Source of the DNA: Flavobacteriales bacterium
GTDB taxonomy: Bacteria > Bacteroidota > Bacteroidia > Flavobacteriales_D > SKUL01
Direction of reading: 5' to 3'
Assembly (NCBI GenBank): GCA_007129985.1
Contig: SKUL01000325.1
Span: 1-39,048, forward strand
Length of the DNA stretch: 39,048 nt
Positions 8,872 through 18,454 of the stretch are shown here, piece after piece. The translations under genes were made by a program, and so were the position numbers. The notes under the pieces are model-generated. The model saw only the letters and a program-made list of their open reading frames with translations. It ran no database searches and was not told where the DNA came from. Each line of letters opens with the position of its first letter. The first letter of the stretch is position 1.

Positions 8872-9687
8872 ATGGCAAAGATTATCACCGTAGCGAATCA
8901 GAAAGGAGGAGTAGGAAAAACCACCACAGCTATTAACCTGGCTGCGTGTTTGGGTGTACTCGAGCACAAAACCCTGTTGGTAGATGCCGATCCGCAGGCC
9001 AACGCAACATCGGGTGTGGGTATTGACCCGCGCAATGTGAAAACCAGCATTTACGAGTGCCTGATTAACGACATTGACCCGCGTGACATCGTGCTGCAAA
9101 CCGACAATCCCAACTTGGACCTCATTCCTGCACACATTGACCTGGTGGGTGCTGAAATTGAACTGATTGACCTTCCGAATCGCGAGCATATGATGCGCCA
9201 CGCCCTGGCCAAAATCAGCGATCAGTACGACTTTATCATCATAGATTGCCTTCCTTCATTGGGACTTATCACCGTGAATGCGCTCTCTGCAAGTGACTCT
9301 GTGATTATCCCGGTACAGTGCGAGTACTTTGCGCTCGAAGGTTTGGGCAAACTGCTCAACACTGTTAAAATTGTTCAGTCGAGGCTTAATCCGGAACTGA
9401 CCATTGAAGGTATCCTCCTTACCATGTACGATACACGCCTCAACCTTGCCAATCAGGTGGTGGCCGAAGTAAAGATGCACTTTCAGCAACTGGTGTTCGA
9501 CACCATCATTCACCGCAACACCCGCCTGAGCGAGGCGCCGAGCCACGGAGCCACCATCATTATGCACGATGCAAGCTGCAAAGGCTCCATCAATTACCTG
9601 AATCTGGCGCGTGAGGTTTTGCAGAAAAACGACCTGACCCGCATTCCCACCGACGAAAAAATCATTGAAGTAAATGACGAGGCCTAA
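8872..9687 (+). CDS. parA: chromosome partitioning ATPase ParA/Soj
   Basis: [19 protein letters not shown] deviant Walker A, 271 aa. Confidence 0.95.
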   Translation: MAKIITVANQKGGVGKTTTAINLAACLGVLEHKTLLVDADPQANATSGVGIDPRNVKTSIYECLINDIDPRDIVLQTDNPNLDLIPAHIDLVGAEIELIDLPNREHMMRHALAKISDQYDFIIIDCLPSLGLITVNALSASDSVIIPVQCEYFALEGLGKLLNTVKIVQSRLNPELTIEGILLTMYDTRLNLANQVVAEVKMHFQQLVFDTIIHRNTRLSEAPSHGATIIMHDASCKGSINYLNLAREVLQKNDLTRIPTDEKIIEVNDEA

Positions 9688-10561
9688 AGCATTGGGCAAG
9701 GGTCTGAGTGCCCTGCTCGAAAACCGCGATACCGACATCACCAGCAACAATCCTGTAAAACCCGTACTTGCAGGATCGGTGTCGAATATCGCTGTGTCGC
9801 AGATTGAGGTAAACCCTTTTCAACCGCGACAGGAGTTTGACCGCGAAAAGTTGGCCGAGTTGGCCGCATCTATTGAGTCCTACGGAATCATTCAGCCCAT
9901 TACCGTACGAAAAATGGGCTACGACCGCTATCAGATTATTTCGGGAGAGCGACGCTTCAGGGCTGCGCAGATGGCCGGGCTGACCGAAGTTCCGGTATTT
10001 GTCCGCATCGCCGATGACCAGGCCATGCTAGAAATGGCATTGGTTGAGAACATTCAGCGTCACGATTTGGATGCCATTGAGGTGGCCCTCAGCTACCAAC
10101 GGCTGATTGAAGAATGCGGACTCACGCAGGAAGCCCTCGCTGAAAAGGTGGGTAAAAAACGAACCACCGTTACCAACTACCTCCGCTTGCTGCGACTTCC
10201 GGCCGAAATACAACTCGGTATCCGGCAGGGGCAAATTTCCATGGGTCATGCACGTGCCCTGGTAAGTGCAGGTTCTGAGGAAGAACAGGTATCGCTTTAC
10301 AGAAGCATCGTAGAAGGCAACCTCTCGGTGCGCGACGCCGAACAACTCGCCGGTGCTTCCAAACCCACTGCGAAAACCGCCAGCTCCCAAAAAAGAGTAG
10401 GCCTCACCCTTCAGCACAAAAGCATTCAACAGAAATTGACGGATAAACTGGGCACTAAAATTGCTGTCCGGCCAAGTGAACAAGGCGATGGCAAAATCGT
10501 AATCCGTTACGAAAACGAAGAAGATCTTGCGCGCATCGCCGCAATTTTGCAGGCGTATTGA
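9674..10561 (+). CDS. parB: chromosome partitioning protein ParB/Spo0J
   Basis: [12 protein letters not shown]-terminus, ParB box IQPITVR...[10 protein letters not shown], and an HTH region. Overlaps parA by 14 nt. Confidence 0.95.
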   Translation: MTRPKALGKGLSALLENRDTDITSNNPVKPVLAGSVSNIAVSQIEVNPFQPRQEFDREKLAELAASIESYGIIQPITVRKMGYDRYQIISGERRFRAAQMAGLTEVPVFVRIADDQAMLEMALVENIQRHDLDAIEVALSYQRLIEECGLTQEALAEKVGKKRTTVTNYLRLLRLPAEIQLGIRQGQISMGHARALVSAGSEEEQVSLYRSIVEGNLSVRDAEQLAGASKPTAKTASSQKRVGLTLQHKSIQQKLTDKLGTKIAVRPSEQGDGKIVIRYENEEDLARIAAILQAY

Positions 10562-11214
10562 ACCGATTTTTTTGGATAGCTGGCTTCGTGCTGCTACTGC
10601 ACCACGCTCAGGCTCAGGAAACACCCGATACCCTCGAGGCCACTCCTGACGTACCCGAGTCTGTTGCTGAACCCGATTCCATCCCTCCGGGGTTTGAACA
10701 GGAAATCTTCTACACGGAGCCGGGTGTTAAGTCTGACAGGGTGATTCGCGGCGACCCGGCCAAAAAACCTGATCGCATTCACTCCCCGAAAAGGGCTACC
10801 ATCTACTCTGCCGTATTACCCGGACTTGGTCAGGCCTATAACCGCCAATACTGGAAGGTTCCTGTTGTGTATGCCGGCGTGGGTGTGGCTGTGTACTTTT
10901 TACAGGACAACATCCGGCAGGCCAATTTCTACCGTCAAAGTTTTCTCAACGCCACCGACGGCGACCCCTCAACCATCAATACATCCGGATACAGTCCTCC
11001 GCAATTGCGTGAACTGGTTATTCAGCACCAAAAATGGCGTGACTACTCCTACCTCGGGCTAGTGGCCGTTTATCTGCTCAACATTGTGGACGCGCAGGTT
11101 TATGGTCACCTTTTTAGTTTCGATGTGAGCGATGAGCTCTCGCTTAGAATCGCTCCATCCGTGCTACCGACCGCTCAACCCATGGCCGGACTTACCTTTT
11201 GCCTGAAGTTGTAA
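10558..11214 (+). CDS. DUF5683 domain protein (secreted/membrane)
   Basis: TTG start overlapping the parB stop (TTGA). Signal peptide. SAVLPGLGQAYNRQYWKVPVVYAG is typical of the DUF5683 gene that follows parB in Bacteroidota. Confidence 0.7.
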   Translation: MNRFFWIAGFVLLLHHAQAQETPDTLEATPDVPESVAEPDSIPPGFEQEIFYTEPGVKSDRVIRGDPAKKPDRIHSPKRATIYSAVLPGLGQAYNRQYWKVPVVYAGVGVAVYFLQDNIRQANFYRQSFLNATDGDPSTINTSGYSPPQLRELVIQHQKWRDYSYLGLVAVYLLNIVDAQVYGHLFSFDVSDELSLRIAPSVLPTAQPMAGLTFCLKL

Positions 11215-11235
11215 TTTTGGGCGCAATCGCTTGAA

Positions 11236-11958
11236 ATGAAAATAGCCCTGATTGGTTACGGAAAAATGGGAAAGGCCATTGAGCGCCTCGCCCTCGAGGC
11301 CGGACACGACATTGTGGCCAAAGTAGGTCGCGGAGCAGAATCCAGCTTTTCGCTTCCGGTTGACACCGACGTTGCCATTGAATTCACCCGCCCGGACGCT
11401 GCCGTTGCCAATATTCAAGCCTGTGTTGAACAAGGCATTCCCGTTGTATGTGGCACCACCGGTTGGTACCGTCAACTGCCCGAGCTCAGCGCAATCATTT
11501 CGCAGAAACAAGGCGCACTGCTCTACGCTCCGAATTTCAGCATTGGTGTGAATCTCTTTATGGAGGTGAACCGCGTGCTGGCCCGACTGATGAGCCAGCA
11601 GCCTCATTACCGCGCTGAACTCTCAGAAATCCATCACACCGAAAAACTCGATGCCCCAAGTGGCACCGCCATCGCCTTGGCCGATGACTTGATTGCCAAC
11701 CATAAAGGCTATTCCTCGTGGAGCAATTCGGACGCTGTAAAAAATGACCATTTGCCCATTACGGCCTTGAGGGAACCCGGCGTACCCGGGACCCACGGCC
11801 TTTCCTACTCGTCGCAGTGCGATGAGATAAGCCTCACCCACAAAGCGCACAACCGCGACGGTTTTGCCTCGGGTGCTCTGTTTGCCGCCGAATGGCTAAA
11901 AGGCAAAACAGGAATTTTTACCATGAAAGACGTACTCAACTTAAACCAGCTTACATGA
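11236..11958 (+). CDS. dapB: 4-hydroxy-tetrahydrodipicolinate reductase
   Basis: MKIALIGYGKMGK NAD-binding N-terminus, and EIHHTEKLDAPSGTA (the E-x-HH-x-K-x-DAPSGTA DapB signature). Confidence 0.93.
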   Translation: MKIALIGYGKMGKAIERLALEAGHDIVAKVGRGAESSFSLPVDTDVAIEFTRPDAAVANIQACVEQGIPVVCGTTGWYRQLPELSAIISQKQGALLYAPNFSIGVNLFMEVNRVLARLMSQQPHYRAELSEIHHTEKLDAPSGTAIALADDLIANHKGYSSWSNSDAVKNDHLPITALREPGVPGTHGLSYSSQCDEISLTHKAHNRDGFASGALFAAEWLKGKTGIFTMKDVLNLNQLT

Positions 11959-13505
11959 TTGCCATCATTCTCTTTTACCTGACCATTGCCGCCTACTTTG
12001 GCAGTTTCTGGAAACTGTTTCCCAAGGCGGGCCACAAAGCGTGGGAAGGTCTGGTACCGGGTTACAATTTTTACATCTGGCTCAAAATCATCAAGAAACC
12101 TTGGTGGTGGTTACTGCTACTTCTCGTTCCGGGAGTGAATTTCCTGATGCTTATTGTGATGAACGTGGAGTTGGGCAGATGCTTTGGAAAGCGCAGTTTT
12201 ACCGATGACCTGCTGATGACCTTCGCCCCTTTCGCCATGATTCCCATGCTGGCCTTCAAGGACGAAATTATCTACACCGGCCCTATTGATTTCACCAAAG
12301 AGAAAAAAGGTGCCGTGCGCGAGTGGGTGGATGCCATCATTTTTGCCGTGGTGGCCGCAACCATCATCCGCGTGTTTTTTATCGAGGCTTTTACCATCCC
12401 AACTCCCTCGATGGAAAAATCCATGCTGGTGGGAGACTACCTCTTTGTGAGCAAGGTAAGTTACGGAGCGCGCTCCCCCATGACGCCCATTGCCTTTCCT
12501 TTTGCACACCATACCATGCCGCTTATCAACACCAAATCTTACGTTGAATGGCAGAAACTGCCCTATTTCCGGCTTCCCGGATTTGGCAGCGTAGAGCGCT
12601 TCGATGCCACTGTGTTCAACTACCCCGAGGGCGATACCGTGGCACTCAATTTCCAAAACCAGAGCTACTACCAGCTTCTTCGAGACCACGGACGCAAAAA
12701 CGTGTGGAATCCCAATTACAAGTTGCCACAGGTGGTGGATGGTCGTCGCGGATACGTGCCTATGGGAGAGATTCAGGTGCGACCCATTGACAAGCGCGAA
12801 AACTATATCAAGCGTTGTATCGGGCTTCCCGGAGAGACCCTCGAAATCAAAGACCGTGAAGTTTGGATTGACAACAAAATGATTGACAATCCCGAGAAAA
12901 CCCAGTTTCTGTATGATGTGTACACCACCGGGGCACTCAATACGCGGATGCTTAAAAAGCAATTCGACATTAATCCCGACGACCTGTTTGAGCTCAAAAA
13001 AGGCGAACAATACGCCATGTTTATGAGTAGCGATGTGGCAGCCGAGGTACTGGAATTCAGCAATGTGAGTGAGGTAATACCTCGCAATGAGAAAAAGCGG
13101 GAGGCAAACATCGACGGAAAAGTACGGCCCATTTTTCCCAACCACCCCGACTACAACTGGACAGCTGATAATTTTGGCCCCTTGTGGATACCCAAGGCAG
13201 GCGAAACCGTTGACCTGGACGAATACAACCTGCCACTTTACGAGCGCGCCATAGGCTACTACGAGGGCAACGACCTTGAGCTGCGAAACGGTAAAATCTA
13301 CATCAACGGAGTAGAAAGCACAAGCTACACCTTTAAGCAGGACTACTACTTTATGATGGGAGACAATCGTCATAACTCGGCCGACTCGCGCTTTTGGGGC
13401 TTCGTTCCCAACGACCATATTGTGGGTAAGGCCGTGTTTATCTGGTACTCACGCGACCCCTACGAAGGCACCCGCTGGAAACGCATCTTCTCTTTGGTTG
13501 ACTGA
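11955..13505 (+). CDS. lepB: signal peptidase I (long Bacteroidota form)
   Basis: Start taken at the ATG overlapping the dapB stop (ATGA). Catalytic Ser box PTPSMEKSM, Lys box IKRCIGLPGE, and GDNRHNSADSRFWGFVP. Confidence 0.9.
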   Translation: MIAIILFYLTIAAYFGSFWKLFPKAGHKAWEGLVPGYNFYIWLKIIKKPWWWLLLLLVPGVNFLMLIVMNVELGRCFGKRSFTDDLLMTFAPFAMIPMLAFKDEIIYTGPIDFTKEKKGAVREWVDAIIFAVVAATIIRVFFIEAFTIPTPSMEKSMLVGDYLFVSKVSYGARSPMTPIAFPFAHHTMPLINTKSYVEWQKLPYFRLPGFGSVERFDATVFNYPEGDTVALNFQNQSYYQLLRDHGRKNVWNPNYKLPQVVDGRRGYVPMGEIQVRPIDKRENYIKRCIGLPGETLEIKDREVWIDNKMIDNPEKTQFLYDVYTTGALNTRMLKKQFDINPDDLFELKKGEQYAMFMSSDVAAEVLEFSNVSEVIPRNEKKREANIDGKVRPIFPNHPDYNWTADNFGPLWIPKAGETVDLDEYNLPLYERAIGYYEGNDLELRNGKIYINGVESTSYTFKQDYYFMMGDNRHNSADSRFWGFVPNDHIVGKAVFIWYSRDPYEGTRWKRIFSLVD

Positions 13506-13510
13506 GAGCC

Positions 13511-14539
13511 ATGGCCCGGAAGAGCGCGGCATGGAAAAGCTGGTTGAAGTCGTTCGTAGCGGCTGCCATCTTTATCTGGGCCGCAACCACTTTCCTTTTC
13601 AGTCCCAAGGTGGTGACCCGTTCTTCGATGGAGCCCAATCTCTTTCCCGGCGATTTGGTGCTGGTAAGCCGCTTTCCGCTCGGGCCGCGCATGCCCGTGA
13701 GCATCGGGATTCCTTTTACGCGTGTTCGTTTCAATCGGGCGTCATTACCTGTGTGGCGCGTGAGCTACGGCGGTAAGCTTGAAGCAGACGACGTGATTGT
13801 ATTCAACTTTCCGGCAGATTCGGGTGTGGTAGACAGAAAACGCATCATGGTAAAACGGGCCGTGGCGCTTCCCGGAGACACGATTCAGCTTCGCAACGGA
13901 AATCTCTTTATTGGCGGTGTTTTGAGCGTTCCGGCGCATACCATTCTCTCCAACTACGAAGTGCAGGGACCCAAGGGCACTTTCAACAAATTGTACGAAT
14001 GGCTAGATGATTATAGCCAACGAACACGGCTGAGTTTGGGCGATGTGCACATCATCAACCTCAGCGCAGATGAAGCCGCTGCGGCTGACACTCTCTTTCC
14101 TGAATTACAAATAACACGTGCCGCCTATGCTCCGGGCAAATATCCGGGCAGTATGTTTCCGCCCATTGAAGGAAACAATTGGTCGCCCGATGACTATGGC
14201 CCCTTTTACGTGCCGCGACTAGGCGATACCATTGAGCTGGACGCCATTAACCTGCAACGATACGAACGCTTGATAACACACTACGAAGGCAATGCCATTT
14301 CCAACGTGGGAGATTCCATTTTTGTAAACGGAAAGCACGCCGAGCGATACATCTTTAAAGAGGACTATTACTTTGTGATGGGCGACAACCGCCACAATTC
14401 CATTGATTCGCGGCACTGGGGGCCTGTTCCTGAGAGTCATATCATTGGACGGGCATCGCGAACACTTTTTTCCTTTGACCCGCTGGCCCCGTGGTACGCA
14501 AAAATCCGCTGGTCGCGATTGTTTCAAAAAGTAGCATGA
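13511..14539 (+). CDS. signal peptidase I paralog (S26 family)
   Basis: SSMEPNLFPGDLVLV, VKRAVALPGDT and GDNRHNSIDSRHWGPVP: the catalytic Ser/Lys boxes are intact. Confidence 0.85.
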   Translation: MARKSAAWKSWLKSFVAAAIFIWAATTFLFSPKVVTRSSMEPNLFPGDLVLVSRFPLGPRMPVSIGIPFTRVRFNRASLPVWRVSYGGKLEADDVIVFNFPADSGVVDRKRIMVKRAVALPGDTIQLRNGNLFIGGVLSVPAHTILSNYEVQGPKGTFNKLYEWLDDYSQRTRLSLGDVHIINLSADEAAAADTLFPELQITRAAYAPGKYPGSMFPPIEGNNWSPDDYGPFYVPRLGDTIELDAINLQRYERLITHYEGNAISNVGDSIFVNGKHAERYIFKEDYYFVMGDNRHNSIDSRHWGPVPESHIIGRASRTLFSFDPLAPWYAKIRWSRLFQKVA

Positions 14540-15192
14540 CGCCGCCCAAGCTTATATTGCCCCTTTGTGCCTTTGGCAACGACTTGTACATGCACCTGCT
14601 TCTTACACATGAAGCCATCATGGATTTGGGCGAGCATTTCCCCAAACAAACATGGCGCAATCGCTACGATTTGGCGGGTCCTAATGGCATACATCCGCTT
14701 ACCATTCCGGTGGTGTCGCGCAAAGGGCAAAAAGTACCCACCGCCGAGGTACAGATTGACCACAAAACCAACTGGAGAGACCAGCACCTGAAAAGCATTC
14801 GCGCTGCCTACGGTTCGGCGCCGTTCTTTGAGCATTACATGGATTCACTGGCAGAACTTTACACCGATGAAACGCCTCTGCTCTGCAATTGGAACAAGGC
14901 CGCCCTCCACTGGATATTGAAGCAACTGAAAACCGAAGCGGAGCTTGAATCGTCGGAAAAATACGTAGACCCAAAACCGCAATACTGCGACATGCGTCAA
15001 TGGTTCAAGCCTTCGGCCTTTGGCAAGCTGCAAGCCGACTGCCCTGCTTACCTTCAGGTTTTTACCGACCGTTTTGGGTTTCGCCCTCATTGTTCGGTGT
15101 TGGATGCACTTTTCAACCTTGGGCCCGATGCGGCGTTGTGGTTGCGAAACATCCGCTTTGACGCCAGTCAAATTACTAACTTAGGCCGCTAA
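14536..15192 (+). CDS. WbqC family protein
   Basis: Start taken at the ATG overlapping the upstream stop (ATGA). The FPKQTWRNRYDL...LTIPV motif resembles the WbqC-like family. Confidence 0.75.
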   Translation: MTPPKLILPLCAFGNDLYMHLLLTHEAIMDLGEHFPKQTWRNRYDLAGPNGIHPLTIPVVSRKGQKVPTAEVQIDHKTNWRDQHLKSIRAAYGSAPFFEHYMDSLAELYTDETPLLCNWNKAALHWILKQLKTEAELESSEKYVDPKPQYCDMRQWFKPSAFGKLQADCPAYLQVFTDRFGFRPHCSVLDALFNLGPDAALWLRNIRFDASQITNLGR

Positions 15193-15202
15193 AATAATCC
15201 AC

Positions 15203-16837
15203 ATGGCCAATTTGGAATTCAACAAGAACGACGACGCTATGCGATTGAAAATATCGCAGTTAAACCGAAAACTAAACAAAGTTTACGAAGGCGGCGGTAG
15301 CGACAAAATTGAAAAACTGAAAGCCAAAGGCAAAATGAGTGCCCGCGAGCGCATTGACATGTTGCTCGACCCCGACAGCGAGCGCGTAGAAATCGGTGCG
15401 CTTGCCGGCGATGGCATGTACAAGGAGTACGGAGGCTGTCCGTCGGGGGGCGTTGTGGTTGTGATGGGTTATGTATCAGGCAAGCTCTGTATAGTGGTTG
15501 CCAACGACGCATCGGTAAAAGCCGGAGCCTGGTTTCCGATAACCGGAAAAAAGAACCTGCGCGCCCAGGAAATCGCTATGGAGAACCGTATTCCTATTAT
15601 TTATCTGGTAGATAGCGCGGGGGTTTTTCTTCCTATGCAGGATGAGATTTTTCCCGACAAGGAGCACTTTGGGCGTATTTTCCGCAACAACGCGGTGATG
15701 TCGTCGAGGGGAATTCCTCAAATTGCCGCCATCATGGGAAGCTGTGTGGCCGGTGGGGCCTACCTGCCCATTATGAGCGATGAATCTTTGATTGTAGAAA
15801 AAACCGGAACCATCTTCCTCGCTGGTTCATACCTTGTGAAAGCTGCGATTGGTGAGGACATTGACAATGAAACCCTTGGCGGTGCTACTACGCACAGCGA
15901 GATTTCCGGTGTAACCGATTACAAAGTGGCCAACGACAAGGAGTGTCTTGAGACCATTCGCGACTTGGTGGATAAAATCGGGAACCGCGGTCCCCTGGCC
16001 GGTTTTGACCGAAAAGAAGCTACCCTACCCGCTCTGGACGAAAAAGAAATCTACGGAATACTGCCTGCCGAGCGCACCAAACCCTACGAAACCAAAGAAA
16101 TCATTAAGCGACTGGTGGATGATTCAAAGTTCACCGAATACAAGGCAGGTTTTGGCAAGAGCATCGTATGTGCCTATGCACGCATTGACGGTTGGAGTGT
16201 GGGCATTGTGGCCAATCAGCGACAAATTGTAAAGAACAAAAAAGGCGAAATGCAGTTTGGCGGAGTGATTTACTCCGACTCTGCTGACAAGGCCGCGCGG
16301 TTTATCATGAACTGCAATCAGAAGAACATTCCGCTTGTGTTTTTGCAGGACGTTACCGGATTTATGGTGGGCTCAAAATCGGAGCACGGCGGTATTATTA
16401 AGGACGGCGCCAAGATGGTGAATGCGATGAGCAACAGCGTAGTGCCCAAGTTCACTGTGATTGTGGGCAACTCCTACGGTGCCGGTAACTATGCCATGTG
16501 TGGCAAGGCATACGACCCGCGCTTGATTGTTGGGTGGCCAAGTGCGCAATTGGCTGTAATGGGTGGAGCCCAGGCGGCAAAGGTATTGTTACAAATAGAG
16601 GTGGCATCGCTCAAAGCCAAGGGCAAAGAAATCACCCCCGAAGACGAAAAAGCCCTGCTTGAGAAAATTGAGTCGCGCTACGAAGAGCAAACCAAGCCTT
16701 ACTACGCAGCCTCGCGTCTTTGGCTGGATGCCATCATTGACCCGCTCGAAACCCGCAAGGTGATTTCAATGGGCATTGAAGCTGCCAACCACGCCCCCGC
16801 TGAGCGGCCTTATAACGTGGGGGTGATACAGACGTAG
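15203..16837 (+). CDS. acyl-CoA carboxylase carboxyltransferase (beta) subunit, methylcrotonyl-CoA carboxylase beta-like
   Basis: 544 aa. GKMSARERIDMLLDP, VANDASVKAGAWFPIT.KKNLRAQEIA, IMGSCVAGGAYLP: two crotonase-like CT domains. The length and N-terminus resemble MccB more than PccB. Confidence 0.88.
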   Translation: MANLEFNKNDDAMRLKISQLNRKLNKVYEGGGSDKIEKLKAKGKMSARERIDMLLDPDSERVEIGALAGDGMYKEYGGCPSGGVVVVMGYVSGKLCIVVANDASVKAGAWFPITGKKNLRAQEIAMENRIPIIYLVDSAGVFLPMQDEIFPDKEHFGRIFRNNAVMSSRGIPQIAAIMGSCVAGGAYLPIMSDESLIVEKTGTIFLAGSYLVKAAIGEDIDNETLGGATTHSEISGVTDYKVANDKECLETIRDLVDKIGNRGPLAGFDRKEATLPALDEKEIYGILPAERTKPYETKEIIKRLVDDSKFTEYKAGFGKSIVCAYARIDGWSVGIVANQRQIVKNKKGEMQFGGVIYSDSADKAARFIMNCNQKNIPLVFLQDVTGFMVGSKSEHGGIIKDGAKMVNAMSNSVVPKFTVIVGNSYGAGNYAMCGKAYDPRLIVGWPSAQLAVMGGAQAAKVLLQIEVASLKAKGKEITPEDEKALLEKIESRYEEQTKPYYAASRLWLDAIIDPLETRKVISMGIEAANHAPAERPYNVGVIQT

Positions 16838-16873
16838 GGGGTTTGTAATTACTTTCTAATGCCGAATTCAAGA

Positions 16874-16911
16874 GAGATTTCTCTCCCGAAATACTTCGGC
16901 GGAGAAATCTC
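16874..16911. terminator. compound hairpin between convergent genes (candidate bidirectional terminator)
   Basis: GAGATTTCTC (16874-16883) pairs with GAGAAATCTC (16902-16911). An inner stem CCGAA/TTCGG has a 4-nt loop. Confidence 0.45.
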
Positions 16912-16946
16912 ATTTACAACCTGTCACACCCGAATACGAGCTATGA

Positions 16947-18089
16947 CTAAAAATCTTCGCTGAAGAGCTCATAGAAATTCTCGGGGGTGATTGTCTTGAA
17001 ACGGGCCTCGGGATATGTTTGAGCAAACTCCTTTGGCATGCGTCCACTTGCCTTGGAGTTGTACTTAAATTCAAAGCAATACAGCGCACCGTCTTTCTCT
17101 TCGATGTAATCAATTTCTTTCTGGTCGTAGGTTCGCCAGAAAAAGCTGTTTACTTTTCTCCGGTTAAATTCGTTGAATTTCAGTCGCTCCGAAATACAGA
17201 AATTTTCCCAAAGCCCCCCGGCATCCGACCGAAGGTGCAGCGGGTTGTGGTTCCTAATAATGGCGTTGCGTATTCCGGTGTCGTAGAAATAGATTTTTTG
17301 GCTCTTGGCAATTTCTTTACGGAGGTTTCGGCTAAACGAGCGCAGGCGAAAAATAACGAACGACTTTTCGAGCAGCTCAATATACCGCTTTACCGTGTGC
17401 ACGTTGCTTCCGGTAATTTGTGCCAACTCATTCAGTGAAGATTTGCTACCCAACTGAAGCGCCAAAGCCTGCAACAACTTTTCAATGAGTTCCGGCCTTT
17501 TAATCTGCTCAAATTGCAGCACATCACGATAGAGGTAGCTGGATGCGATTTCACTCAGTTCCTCTTCTTTGTCAGCTTCTGATGAAAAGACCACCTGCGG
17601 GTACATTCCGAATCGGATGAAAGACGGGAGCATTGATTTAAGCTCAACCAGCGGGTGAAGTGAGCGCATTTCTTCCAGAGAAAACGGAAGAAGCATGTAG
17701 GTTCTTGACCTACCTGTAAGCGGTTCAGAAACCTTGCTTGCCAGTTCAAAACTTGATGACCCTGTGGCTATAAACTGTACCTCGGGAAAAGTATCCACCA
17801 ACACTTTCAAGATTATCCCCATATCCGGAATATGCTGTGCTTCGTCAAAAACCATAAGGCGATTTGCCGCTACAAAGTCCTTCAGCATCAAAGAATTGGT
17901 GCTTTGAAGTAAATCCTTGTTCTCTTGTAGCTCACAATTGATGTACGCGGCATCCTCTCCTGCTTCCTCAACCAATTGACGAACGAGCGTAGTTTTACCT
18001 GTTCTGCGGGCACCATACAACACCAGCACTTTCCCTTTATAAAGGCTGTTTTTTAGTCTGTTATACAGAATTCTTGGAAGAAAATTCAT
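16947..18089 (-). CDS. AAA+ ATPase with C-terminal DUF4143-type (PD-(D/E)xK-like) domain
   Basis: 380 aa. Walker A GARRTGKTT and Walker B LMVFDEAQ. The overall layout is that of the AAA_14 + DUF4143 'ATP-binding protein' family. The gene is AT-richer than its neighbours. Confidence 0.85.
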   Translation of the reverse strand: MNFLPRILYNRLKNSLYKGKVLVLYGARRTGKTTLVRQLVEEAGEDAAYINCELQENKDLLQSTNSLMLKDFVAANRLMVFDEAQHIPDMGIILKVLVDTFPEVQFIATGSSSFELASKVSEPLTGRSRTYMLLPFSLEEMRSLHPLVELKSMLPSFIRFGMYPQVVFSSEADKEEELSEIASSYLYRDVLQFEQIKRPELIEKLLQALALQLGSKSSLNELAQITGSNVHTVKRYIELLEKSFVIFRLRSFSRNLRKEIAKSQKIYFYDTGIRNAIIRNHNPLHLRSDAGGLWENFCISERLKFNEFNRRKVNSFFWRTYDQKEIDYIEEKDGALYCFEFKYNSKASGRMPKEFAQTYPEARFKTITPENFYELFSEDF

Positions 18090-18111
18090 GAACGCAAGAA
18101 TTTCTACTTCA

Positions 18112-18119
18112 CAAATTTA
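18112..18119 (-). promoter_or_regulatory. candidate -7 box (TAAATTTG) for the ATPase gene
   Basis: Reverse complement of caaattta, 22 nt upstream of the ATG at 18089. Confidence 0.3.
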
Positions 18120-18402
18120 GTAAAATTCATGAACTATACTTCATGATTTTTTACGAATTTATGAAGTTGGTGAATGAAAACCGCGATGTATCCGATTAAT
18201 CAATTTCCGTGGGAGTCACTCGTAGGGCTTCTCTCGTCCTAAAATAGGTTGACACTTTTTCGGTCTTGAGAGCGCTTAGGGGTGTGTTACCGCTTCGCAA
18301 CTCCTGCCGTTGTTGTTTCGGTCGAAATGATAAAACTTAGTTACCAACGCAATTAGGCTCTTCGGATGCTCACCGGTTGAATGGCGTCTAAAGCCTCACC
18401 GC

Positions 18403-18432
18403 AAAAAAAAAAGACCGCACAATGGCGGTCTT
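18403..18432 (-). terminator. intrinsic terminator of the nqr operon
   Basis: On the minus strand: AAGACCGC-cattgt-GCGGTCTT followed by a 10-nt T-run, 22 nt after the nqrF stop. Confidence 0.8.
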
Positions 18433-18454
18433 TCTTTAAGAGCAATCAATATGA

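Noticed and set aside
11892-11954. Longer track starts for lepB (11892), wbqC (14491), the GIN-domain gene (34343), the FMN reductase (8763), the ftsB-like gene (28282), DUF5103 (24522) and the membrane protein (32210).
   Set aside because: Each extension overlaps the upstream gene, a terminator or a predicted -7 box, and several are non-ATG codons. Internal ATGs give proper signal peptides, conserved N-termini or ATGA stop-start coupling.
12117-13418. Very long antisense ORFs opposite real genes: 433 aa opposite lepB, 452 aa at 30587..31945 opposite mutB, 261 aa at 20981..21766 opposite nqrC/D, 232 aa at 26949..27647 opposite pruA, and others at 7127..7720, 9256..9750, 10028..10624, 19076..19660 and 25677..26237.
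   Set aside because: For the two I checked (12117..13418 versus lepB, 30587..31945 versus mutB), the antisense codons are exactly codon-aligned with the sense gene. Antisense stops then arise only from sense TTA, CTA or TCA codons, which these genes largely avoid. The translations are low-complexity (V/G/H/F-rich) with no motifs. These are shadow ORFs, not overlapping genes.
13511-14539. Tandem duplication of signal peptidase I genes, considered as a possible oddity.
   Set aside because: Both copies keep the catalytic Ser/Lys boxes. The dapB-lepB-lepB-wbqC arrangement is, to my knowledge, the usual Bacteroidota layout, so this is ordinary.
16850-18260. Possible terminal repeats flanking the ATPase insert (TTCTCTC..AAATA similarity between about 16879-16893 and about 18229-18247).
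   Set aside because: The match is only about 14 of 19 positions with gaps, has no extended alignment and no target-site duplication. That is insufficient to call a mobile-element boundary.
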